This document shows positions 41,901 to 49,147 of a stretch of 64,000 nucleotides of DNA, piece after piece. A program made the position numbers and the translations under genes. Position 1 is the first letter of the stretch, and each line of letters opens with the position of its first letter. Source of the stretch: a virus; IMG/VR virus record IMGVR_UViG_3300032286_000710, positions 102,605 to 166,604 of that record, one strand, 5' to 3'. The notes under the pieces were generated by a model. The model had not been told where the DNA came from, made no database searches, and worked only from the letters and a program-made list of their open reading frames with translations.

Positions 41901-42086
41901 ATGACCAACGACTTTGTATACAATATGAGCGAAATCAACGAAGAGGATATCTACAGGGGCTGGGAAGAAATGGCAAACGAAGATAGCGAGTTATTTTTGG
42001 TAGTCTACGGTGTTCCCGGTGAAGATGAAGAAGATGAGGAAGATGGGTATGATGAGGACTTTTGGGGAGAGCAGTATTTCGCGTGA
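41901..42086 (+). CDS. Early highly acidic protein
   Basis: 61 aa, D/E-rich. Confidence 0.6.
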   Translation: MTNDFVYNMSEINEEDIYRGWEEMANEDSELFLVVYGVPGEDEEDEEDGYDEDFWGEQYFA

Positions 42087-42245
42087 GCAAATCCCGTGCC
42101 AAACGCGAATGGCACACGGTTTGCCCTAGGATTTGACCTAAACCCTTACTACCAAAGGACTTAGGGCGAATCCGGCGGGCCGGGTTTGCCGTAAACCCTT
42201 GATACATAAGGACTTAGGGCGAGTATCGACGCAAAGGCTGTGCCA
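42086..42245. repeat. Paired-palindrome element E3 (42139-42216) flanked by sigma54-type sites
   Basis: Sites at 42086-42101 (-), 42110-42125 (+) and 42230-42245 (-). The two inward-facing sites each lie 13 bp from the element. Confidence 0.85.
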
Positions 42246-42296
42246 AAAAATAATATATTCCAAGCCTAAAAAAGAGGCATGTTAAGATGGGCAATC

Positions 42297-42463
42297 CGTT
42301 GCAAAATGCTACACTACCTCAGTTTCACGGCGGAAATCACTAACGCAAAATGCTACAGGGTGTTGCAAAATGCTACGCTCAAAAACTAGGCACAAAAAAT
42401 GTCATAGCGTTTTTCCCGAGCGAAACGCAAAAAAAATAATCTATGTTTGGCACGGTAGTTGCT
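42297..42463 (+). promoter_or_regulatory. Putative enhancer-dependent sigma54 promoter, copy 2
   Basis: Three boxes (42297, 42341, 42361) with the same spacing as copy 1, then TGGCACGGTAGTTGCT at 42448-42463. Confidence 0.6.
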
Positions 42464-42497
42464 CTATATATAGGTATAAGAAAGAGAGTTTGAAAGA

Positions 42498-42664
42498 TGA
42501 GAAAGTCAAGTTATTACCGTGGTTCTGATGATGGATACGATTATTCCCGAGACAATCGGGATGGATATGTTGACGTTGAACTCCGTTTGTTGGAGATAGA
42601 TCGTCAGAATCGTGAGAATCAAAAGCGGTTCGAAGAATCGAAAAACAAAAACGAAAAATCGTAA
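42498..42664 (+). CDS. Small hypothetical protein (about 55 aa)
   Basis: MRKSSYYRGSDDGYDYSRD... Occupies the same position behind the duplicated promoter as the HAD gene; the 3' end is approximate. Confidence 0.5.
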
Positions 42665-42736
42665 GTTTTTCCGCTTGCGTCTTCAAGATTAGACGCTAGA
42701 ATGTCGATAGATAAGAAAGAGAAAAAGGAAAAGAAA

Positions 42737-42886
42737 ATGGAAACCACAGTTCTGATTTTTGATCGTAAGGGTAAAAAGTATAAGGTTTATAAGCAGACTA
42801 ACCATACAAACGGTTGGTATCGTCGTTTGCTTGCTACGTTCAAAACTTCTCAGGAAGCCGAAAGATTTATGAACTCCCGCCCATAA
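42737..42886 (+). CDS. Early small basic protein (paralog of 40219..40347)
   Basis: Shares GKKYKVYK and EAERFMN with the paralog. Confidence 0.65.
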   Translation: METTVLIFDRKGKKYKVYKQTNHTNGWYRRLLATFKTSQEAERFMNSRP

Positions 42887-42952
42887 GGGGGGTATGCAAG
42901 GCTGAAAAAGTTTCTTAGAATCATACCAGTATCACCAACCAAGAGAGAAAAA

Positions 42953-43282
42953 ATGGCTACAAAGTTTAAAATCATCGAAGATGCCAAGCGTCAAATCCGC
43001 TCATGCTTTTTGGGAATCGCCGTTCCCCACCAACCTAGCCTAGCCGATGGCGAATATGGGCCAATCAAGAGCGAAAAGGTAATCAAGTTTAATAAAACGG
43101 CTTTGCGAAATATGGGCAAGATGAAGAAAGAGAAAGTCGATCCCCGTCTTTTGGGGGGTAGTGATCTTATGGTTGATAAGGTAGGCAAACCGGGAAGCAA
43201 AGATAGAGTAGAGGCTTTACGGGCTTTCTATGAACTACAGAATATGGCAGGACAGGAAACCTCCGTGTTTTACGAAGAATAG
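42953..43282 (+). CDS. Early hypothetical protein
   Basis: 109 aa; GKPGSKDRVEALRAFY motif. Confidence 0.65.
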   Translation: MATKFKIIEDAKRQIRSCFLGIAVPHQPSLADGEYGPIKSEKVIKFNKTALRNMGKMKKEKVDPRLLGGSDLMVDKVGKPGSKDRVEALRAFYELQNMAGQETSVFYEE

Positions 43283-43290
43283 GGGTTTTT

Positions 43291-43402
43291 GGTAAGATAG
43301 GTAATCTGGGTAATCTTGGTAAGATAGGCAAGGGGGGTAATCTAGGCAAAATGGGGGGTTTGGGCGATCTGGGAAAACTGGGTAGTCTCGGCCAAAGTGG
43401 CC
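43291..43402. repeat. 9-bp-periodic G-rich tandem repeat
   Basis: GGTAAGATA, GGTAATCTG, GGTAATCTT, GGCAAAATG and similar; about 12 units. Confidence 0.6.
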
Positions 43403-43494
43403 GGATCATGTGGTAGTCAGCGTTGTCAGCGAGAAATCCCCTTGACAACTAAAGTCTAGAGTGTAGAATGTCGATATAAAGGAAAGAGGAAACA

Positions 43495-43716
43495 ATGAAC
43501 GAGTACCAAAAAGTATATAAGTTTGATAATGGGTACGGTGCTAGTGTGGTGTGTAACTCACTACTAGGAACCTATGGGTCTAAGGATGGATTGTTCGAAG
43601 TTGCCATTCTGAAAGGCGACGATATTTGCTACGATACCCCTATCTCCCCAGATGTTGTGGGGTGGCTTGACTTTGCCGGTGTGGCCGATATACTTAATCA
43701 AATCAAGGCTCTCTAA
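43495..43716 (+). CDS. Conserved phage hypothetical protein
   Basis: FDNGYGASVV...GLFEVAIL...DVVGWL motif. Confidence 0.75.
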   Translation: MNEYQKVYKFDNGYGASVVCNSLLGTYGSKDGLFEVAILKGDDICYDTPISPDVVGWLDFAGVADILNQIKAL

Positions 43717-43729
43717 CTAAGGAAAAAAG

Positions 43730-44032
43730 ATGAATCACACTGAAGCAACAAAGATGGTTCTTGGTAAGACTAATCGTGGTCAACGTAAGGTGGGAAATAA
43801 TACCTACGCTTACATTGAACATGACGGAAGTGTGGCGATTGAGTTGCACGGTACTAAGGTGGTGGTTTTTTATCCTAACGGGCTGGTAAAGTTGAACAGT
43901 GGTGGATATCGAACCAGCACTACTAAAAAGCGTATTAACCAGTATAGCCCCGTGAGTGTGTACCAGAAAAACTTTGAATGGTTTTTGCGTGATGGTACTC
44001 AGTTTGAAGATAATGTTTTGGTTACTAACTAA
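43730..44032 (+). CDS. Conserved phage hypothetical protein
   Basis: LHGTKV...LNSGGYRTSTTKKRINQY...VYQKNFEWF. Confidence 0.75.
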   Translation: MNHTEATKMVLGKTNRGQRKVGNNTYAYIEHDGSVAIELHGTKVVVFYPNGLVKLNSGGYRTSTTKKRINQYSPVSVYQKNFEWFLRDGTQFEDNVLVTN

Positions 44033-44047
44033 AGAAAGGGATCACGG

Positions 44048-44146
44048 ATGGTCGATATTAACTGGGTACAAATAGGTGTGGGATTTGTTATTGGCATTGG
44101 TTGCTCTTGGATTGTTTCTGATCTTGTTTTTCCAATAAGGAAGTGA
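44048..44146 (+). CDS. Small membrane peptide (32 aa)
   Basis: MVDINWVQIGVGFVIGIGCSWIVSDLVFPIRK. Confidence 0.5.
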   Translation: MVDINWVQIGVGFVIGIGCSWIVSDLVFPIRK

Positions 44147-44148
44147 AA

Positions 44149-44226
44149 ATGCGTACAGGTGATGCGATTGTTCTTTCTATTTCATTCGTGATCGGATGTA
44201 TAGCGGCTTGGATTGTGAATAGTTGA
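44149..44226 (+). CDS. Small membrane peptide (25 aa)
   Basis: MRTGDAIVLSISFVIGCIAAWIVNS; AAGGA RBS. Confidence 0.5.
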   Translation: MRTGDAIVLSISFVIGCIAAWIVNS

Positions 44227-44228
44227 CG

Positions 44229-44286
44229 TAACTCTATATCTGATAAGGGTTTAGGGCGAATGGGGCGGGCCGCGATTTTCGTGCCA
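44229..44286. repeat. Element E4 (half copy ending in a sigma54-like site)
   Basis: One palindrome, the GC core, then minus-strand TGGCACGAAAATCGCG. Confidence 0.75.
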
Positions 44287-44385
44287 AATCACCTTTCATC
44301 TTTTTAAGGAAAAAATATTGTTGGAGGGGGCTTGACGTTGCCGATAATCCCTGTATAATCGAAGTATCACCAAGGGAGAAAAGCG

Positions 44386-44556
44386 ATGTACGAGTTTGAT
44401 GATGTAGAGCGTGTTCTGGCTGAAGCAGCGGCTATTCAAGCAGAGCAGCATATGGTAGAGCCGATTGACGATCCGGCTGTGCTGTGCGATTTCTACGATT
44501 ATGCCGCGATTGTTGGTATTGACGTTGACGATTACCTTCCCGTAGAGTATACTTGA
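44386..44556 (+). CDS. Early acidic protein (56 aa)
   Basis: MYEFDDVERVLAE...; GGGAG RBS; promoter at 44332. Confidence 0.6.
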   Translation: MYEFDDVERVLAEAAAIQAEQHMVEPIDDPAVLCDFYDYAAIVGIDVDDYLPVEYT

Positions 44557-44566
44557 GGAGAGAAAG

Positions 44567-44767
44567 ATGAGTTGCCCCGATCCTACCCACGATTACGAGG
44601 ACTATGATATGGATCACCATGATGATACTGCCGACCCGAACGATTATCGTGACGATTACTATGATGATAGTATGGATGGCGACCACGATAGTGCTATGAA
44701 CTCTATCGGTTGGGACGTTGATGAAGGTTATGGATGTTTTGGTGACACTTACGGAGATGATTTCTGA
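44567..44767 (+). CDS. Extremely Asp-rich protein
   Basis: 66 aa; DDSMDGDHDSAMNSIGW motif; GAGGAG RBS. Confidence 0.7.
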   Translation: MSCPDPTHDYEDYDMDHHDDTADPNDYRDDYYDDSMDGDHDSAMNSIGWDVDEGYGCFGDTYGDDF

Positions 44768-45171
44768 TGAATGATGCGTTTACTTTGGGCATTTGTTTTG
44801 CTTGTGCCGTTGCGGTTATTGGTGTTTTTCTTCTATATAACATTTATAGGGGTGTAAATGATAGTCTTACTAATGCTGTTATTGGTACTGTATATAACTT
44901 TCGATACTTCCAGCCAGTAACGGGAGACTATGAAAGGTATCTCGCCAAGGTTGTTGGTGTTCGTAAGTTGAGTCAGGCTGAAATCTCACGTTTGAACTGG
45001 ACGAGCGATTACCGCCAATATGATAGTGAGTTTAAGCGTAGTCCTACGCTTGTTACATGCGAAATGGGTAACGGTGACTTTCGACAGTTCTATGCTGAAC
45101 GTAGTGACATGTGCAGACGTTCAGCTGTAGGTGAACTTTTGTTCAAGGCGGGTGTGGCACACCTGTTTTAA
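44767..45171 (+). CDS. Membrane-anchored hypothetical protein
   Basis: N-terminal transmembrane helix; 134 aa. Confidence 0.7.
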   Translation: MNDAFTLGICFACAVAVIGVFLLYNIYRGVNDSLTNAVIGTVYNFRYFQPVTGDYERYLAKVVGVRKLSQAEISRLNWTSDYRQYDSEFKRSPTLVTCEMGNGDFRQFYAERSDMCRRSAVGELLFKAGVAHLF

Positions 45172-45195
45172 TGTACACTACCTAGACCCTTCTCC

Positions 45196-45273
45196 TAAGT
45201 CCTTACGGGCAAAGGAGTTAGGGCTAGGCGGGCGGGCCGGATTTGATGTAAAGTGTTGTCAGATATAGACTTA
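45196..45273. repeat. Paired-palindrome element E5
   Basis: 25+28+25 geometry. Confidence 0.85.
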
Positions 45274-45353
45274 GAACAAGTTAAAGATTGGGCTTGACAA
45301 AAGCCGATAATATGCTAGGATACCTAAGTCGTTACAGTACAAGGAGTTATACC

Positions 45354-45530
45354 ATGTCAAAATGGGATGATTGGGTACATTGTGAGGAAACGGCAGATTT
45401 GGTAGTTTGGGAGGAATGGGAGGCTTGGGTAAGGGAGGAAAACTGCGGGGGAGTGTCTCTCCCTAAGAATGAAGATCGATGCTGTGGGGATAGTCAGCGA
45501 GAGTATGACTTGACAGACCTTCCATTTTAG
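45354..45530 (+). CDS. Trp-rich acidic small protein
   Basis: MSKWDDWVHC...; AAGGAG RBS. Confidence 0.55.
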   Translation: MSKWDDWVHCEETADLVVWEEWEAWVREENCGGVSLPKNEDRCCGDSQREYDLTDLPF

Positions 45531-45576
45531 AGTAAACTGTTAAGAGTCAATAGCCGATAACATTATAAGGGAAAAC

Positions 45577-45855
45577 ATGGGAATATTAGACACATATAGT
45601 GCGTATGAAGTGCGTGATATTTGGCGTGACGATACCAATGGTTGGCCCGAAGACTTTATTCTATGCGTGAATGATCTACTGGCTAATGATCTTCTGGATT
45701 CATGGCTTGACAACCACAGCGATGAGGAGTATCGTGAGCGTATTCGTGAAATCATTGAAGATGAAACATATGGATATGAGGATGAGGATGGCAATGAAAT
45801 GCTTGACTTTAATCCTAGTAAAGATAATGATGGACAGTTCAGATTATTTGAATAG
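45577..45855 (+). CDS. Acidic hypothetical protein
   Basis: 92 aa, D/E-rich. Confidence 0.6.
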   Translation: MGILDTYSAYEVRDIWRDDTNGWPEDFILCVNDLLANDLLDSWLDNHSDEEYRERIREIIEDETYGYEDEDGNEMLDFNPSKDNDGQFRLFE

Positions 45856-45939
45856 TTGATAAACTGGGGGCTTATGGCATAATGATATCAAAGAAGCCAT
45901 AAGTAAAAGACAGTCGAGTATGGCAGACACCCCCATTTT

Positions 45940-46013
45940 GGGTCATTAGCTCAGTTGGTTAGAGCATCGGACTTTTAATCCGTTGGTCGTAGGTTCGAAT
46001 CCTACATGACTCA
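45940..46013 (+). tRNA. trnK: tRNA-Lys(TTT)
   Basis: Cloverleaf; anticodon loop CT-TTT-AA; T-loop TTCGAAT; no encoded CCA. Confidence 0.92.
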
Positions 46014-46074
46014 TTGACTTTTTGGTGTGTATACAGTATAATAGATAAAACCATTCCTTTAACCCCTAAATACT

Positions 46075-46218
46075 ATGTACAACGAAAATGTTATGAAGTG
46101 GTGCGGCCCTTATTATACTGAAGAGTACGATGATCTTATCGTATATGATGAGGAGATTATCGTAGTAGATGACAGTGGGGAATGGTACAATATTTATGAT
46201 TCGGAGGCTGGCGATTGA
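46075..46218 (+). CDS. Small acidic protein (47 aa)
   Basis: MYNENVMKWCGPYYTEEYDD... between tRNA genes. Confidence 0.45.
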   Translation: MYNENVMKWCGPYYTEEYDDLIVYDEEIIVVDDSGEWYNIYDSEAGD

Positions 46219-46228
46219 GTTGCGGGTA

Positions 46229-46299
46229 GCCTGCATAGTATAGTGGTATTACAGTTGATTTGTAATCATCGGACGGGGGTTCGATTCCCTCTGTGGGCT
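46229..46299 (+). tRNA. trnT: tRNA-Thr(TGT)
   Basis: Cloverleaf; loop TT-TGT-AA; some acceptor-stem wobbles or mismatches. Confidence 0.85.
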
Positions 46300-46304
46300 T
46301 TTGA

Positions 46305-46570
46305 TCGGGAATGGTGTAACGGTAGCACAAATGACTTTAACTAACCGGAGTGCATTATAGGGAAACCTTAAATTGTATAACCTCTCAAATTCGGGGAACG
46401 CTTAACTGCCAATCCCGAGCCAAGCCTATATGGAAGGTGTAACGACTTTACGGGAGGCGTCTAAAGCAATGCTATGACGAAGAGAAAGTCTAGACTACAA
46501 ACCGCAAGGGTAACGAAAGTTATAGTAGTATGTGGATCATTTTGTCTAGGTTCAAATCCTAGTTCCCGAA
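46305..46570 (+). tRNA. trnQ: tRNA-Gln(TTG) interrupted by a group I intron
   Basis: Exon 1 (46305-46337) joined to exon 2 (46533-46570) rebuilds AATGA-CT-TTG-GA-TCATT and the TCGGGAA/TTCCCGA acceptor stem. Confidence 0.88.
46338..46532 (+). ncRNA. Group I intron (IC3-like, 195 nt, no ORF)
   Basis: P AAATTCGGGGAA, Q AATCCCGAGC, R GTGTAACGACT, S AAGAGAAAGTC. P1 has a U·G wobble with the IGS GGAGTGCAT, and the intron ends in G. Confidence 0.88.
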
Positions 46571-47236
46571 CTTATTATAAGATTTAATCCATTTTCTTAC
46601 GGCGTTGTCACTAACGCCATACATTTTACCAATTGTAGTCATTGGATGATTTTTAATTAAATAATCTAATTCTTCTTTTGTTGGCCTGTCTACCTTCCTC
46701 AACCAAGGTTTTGGGCCTTGCTTACCTTTTTTAATTTTTGGTGGTTTTTTGAATCTTTTACCAGCATAAGTGTCTGTTTGACTATGACAATTTGGACATA
46801 AGAAACATAAATTTTCTAGTCTATTATCATTGGGAATACCATTTTTATGTTCAAGTTGTAATGATATCTTTTTGCCGTTCCACGTATTTAATAGTCCACA
46901 CTCTGCGCATTTATACTCAATTAAATTATTACGAATGATTCTTTGTTTAATACAGTTGCGATTCATAGTTCCATTTTCACAAAAATATTCGTGATTAGAT
47001 TTTTTAGGAGTAAATCGTTTTCCCTTATTTGAACCTTTACCAAGAGATATATGAGACATGTCTATATTTTCTTGCTTGGCCCTTCTTTTAACAGTGTTAT
47101 GGTTTCCACCCTTATTATTCATTCCAAAGTATCTTAAAATATCTGCAATTGTATTAGACTTAGAAACGAGATCTTTAAACTCATCTCTTGATATTGACCA
47201 TATAACGCTTCTATTTTTTCTTTTTTGTTCTTGCAT
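46559..47236 (-). CDS. Free-standing HNH homing endonuclease
   Basis: LQLEHKNG...DNRLENLCFLCPNCHSQT plus HTH modules; GTGTATA at 47294-47300. Confidence 0.85.
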   Translation of the reverse strand: MQEQKRKNRSVIWSISRDEFKDLVSKSNTIADILRYFGMNNKGGNHNTVKRRAKQENIDMSHISLGKGSNKGKRFTPKKSNHEYFCENGTMNRNCIKQRIIRNNLIEYKCAECGLLNTWNGKKISLQLEHKNGIPNDNRLENLCFLCPNCHSQTDTYAGKRFKKPPKIKKGKQGPKPWLRKVDRPTKEELDYLIKNHPMTTIGKMYGVSDNAVRKWIKSYNKFGN

Positions 47237-47307
47237 TTTTATTCCAAGTATGGTAAGATAACTGTGAATAGTAGATGTGTGATACCATATTATTATACAC
47301 AAAACAT

Positions 47308-47379
47308 ACGTAGGTAGCATAATGGTAGTGCCACAAACTGTTAATTTGTCATGTGTAGGTTCGACTCCTACCCTACGTG
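47308..47379 (+). tRNA. trnN: tRNA-Asn(GTT)
   Basis: Cloverleaf; loop CT-GTT-AA. Confidence 0.9.
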
Positions 47380-47383
47380 CTAT

Positions 47384-47455
47384 GGCCCCATCTTCTAACG
47401 GTTAGGAAATCGGATTTTCGCTCCGAGAATCAGGGTTCGATTCCCTGTGGGGTCA
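47384..47455 (+). tRNA. trnE: tRNA-Glu(TTC)
   Basis: Cloverleaf; loop TT-TTC-GC. Confidence 0.88.
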
Positions 47456-47459
47456 TTTT

Positions 47460-47533
47460 GGGAATGTAGATCAATTGGTTAGATCGCTAGCCTGTCACGC
47501 TAGAGGTTGCGGGTTCAAGTCCCGTCATTCTCG
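47460..47533 (+). tRNA. trnD: tRNA-Asp(GTC)
   Basis: Cloverleaf; loop CT-GTC-AC. Confidence 0.92.
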
Positions 47534-47544
47534 TTATCTTTTCG

Positions 47545-47602
47545 TAAGTCCTTATCTATCAAGGATTTAGGAACAACGGGGCGGGCCGCGTTTTTCGTGC
47601 CA
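47545..47602. repeat. Element E6 (half copy ending in a sigma54-like site)
   Basis: TAAGTCCTT-ATCTATC-AAGGATTTA, the GC core, then minus TGGCACGAAAAACGCG. Confidence 0.75.
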
Positions 47603-47708
47603 AATGCCCTAGGATTCAGTTGTTTTATTTTTTGCAACAACTGCTAAATATTTCCCCTTGACCATGCCGATATAGAGTGTAGAATGATGGCATACAAGGG
47701 AGAAAGTT

Positions 47709-48413
47709 ATGAAAGTTGCAGACGGTAACGATAAGTTGGGTAAGGGTTGTTTGGTGGTTTCTCGCCCCGTTGGCGATACTTGCCCACCTACTTGTGCATT
47801 TCTTGGCGACGGTTGCTATGCAGAGCAAACCGAGAAAATGTATCCTAATGTTCGTCCCGCTGGTATGCAAAATCTCATTACGGAAAAGAATCGTATTCGT
47901 GCTATGATTCTGGAAGCCATCCGTAAAGAGAAGTCTATTCGTTGGCATGAGCGTGGCGATTGGTTTCTCAATGGTGAGTTGGATACCGATTACGTTGATA
48001 ATGTAACGTGGGCTTGTGAGAGTATTCTATCGGAAGGTACGGCATTGCCCGATATGTGGTTCTATACTCATATCTATGATAGTCGCCTTGTGGCATTTGA
48101 AAAGTATATGAATGTATATGCTAGTGTCCACAATGATACCGATATGAATGAGGCAAAGGCTCAAGGTTTCAAACTGTTTGCGTGGTGCGATAGTGATCAA
48201 AAGATTGCACCTAAACGTCCACGTAATAAAGTAAAGGCTGACGCATGGCGTAAGGCGTTACCTAAACTCGTCGTACTAAATGGTACGAAGTTTATCACTT
48301 GCCCCGAAATCCGTCGTGGTCGTGGCGTTGTCACTTGCACACCGACTAAGGGTAGTGTATCATGTGATTTGTGCGTCAAGGGTTTGGCTAACGTGTTGTT
48401 TCCCTCTCACTAA
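47709..48413 (+). CDS. GP88-like (radical-SAM-related) phage protein
   Basis: GNDKLG...TCPPTC...CYA, IRWHERGDW, WFYTH and C-terminal CP...C...CDLC. Confidence 0.65.
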   Translation: MKVADGNDKLGKGCLVVSRPVGDTCPPTCAFLGDGCYAEQTEKMYPNVRPAGMQNLITEKNRIRAMILEAIRKEKSIRWHERGDWFLNGELDTDYVDNVTWACESILSEGTALPDMWFYTHIYDSRLVAFEKYMNVYASVHNDTDMNEAKAQGFKLFAWCDSDQKIAPKRPRNKVKADAWRKALPKLVVLNGTKFITCPEIRRGRGVVTCTPTKGSVSCDLCVKGLANVLFPSH

Positions 48414-48422
48414 GGATAAAAG

Positions 48423-48641
48423 ATGATTTTATATTCCCATAACTATGTCACACTAAAGAGTGTGTGCGATCATAACAGTTTAGATTATATAGAAGTAATG
48501 GACGAGATTTGTCATAGTGATGTTAGTTTTGGTAATAACTATGATACTCTAATCCATAGGCGTGTTTTAGAAGATATTCTATTGAAAGAGTTAGATTGGG
48601 CAAGGCTTGACGATTCCGTACTCATTAGTTTGGGGAGTTGA
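48423..48641 (+). CDS. Hypothetical protein
   Basis: 72 aa; AAGGA RBS. Confidence 0.6.
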   Translation: MILYSHNYVTLKSVCDHNSLDYIEVMDEICHSDVSFGNNYDTLIHRRVLEDILLKELDWARLDDSVLISLGS

Positions 48642-49147
48642 TTATGTATACTATTGTAAAGAAAAAGAGCGGTTCGGGTTGCTCGTCCTCATTCTATAAA
48701 CTAAAGGGAATGAAGAATAGTGGCTTCAAGGTATTCGATTCTAAAGAGAGTGCAGACATTGCACACGCTAACCAGACTGAACTCTCTATTTATAATCTTG
48801 CCCCATATGTTTATAGTCAAGTAGGTCGCGTTCGTAAGAGTGATAAGAGTCTCAGCGGATGGGGCTTTATTACTGAAATCGCTGAACTAATCTGCTGTCC
48901 CGGTAATGGTTGTGAATGTTGTGATCGTGAAAGTATGTATGATGATTATCAACATGAGATTAGTAATCTAGTTGGAAGTATGGAAGACTGCGGATTTCAT
49001 TTTGGCGATGATCATCCCGGTAACTTAGGATTTGTAATGCGTGATGGTCTTCCCGTTATGGTGTGTATTGATACTGGCGATGAAAGCGTTACCAGCGATA
49101 ACTGTTATTGTATCACTTGCAGAAAGGGCGGTTGCTGCTATGAGTAA
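48638..49147 (+). CDS. Protein kinase-like fold protein
   Basis: GSGCSS loop, GFKVF Lys, LAPYV, FGDDHPGNLG catalytic loop and CIDTG. Confidence 0.65.
   Translation: MIMYTIVKKKSGSGCSSSFYKLKGMKNSGFKVFDSKESADIAHANQTELSIYNLAPYVYSQVGRVRKSDKSLSGWGFITEIAELICCPGNGCECCDRESMYDDYQHEISNLVGSMEDCGFHFGDDHPGNLGFVMRDGLPVMVCIDTGDESVTSDNCYCITCRKGGCCYE

Noticed and set aside
43167-43448. Pro-rich minus-strand ORF
   Set aside because: It is a by-product of the 9-bp G-rich repeat and runs against local transcription.
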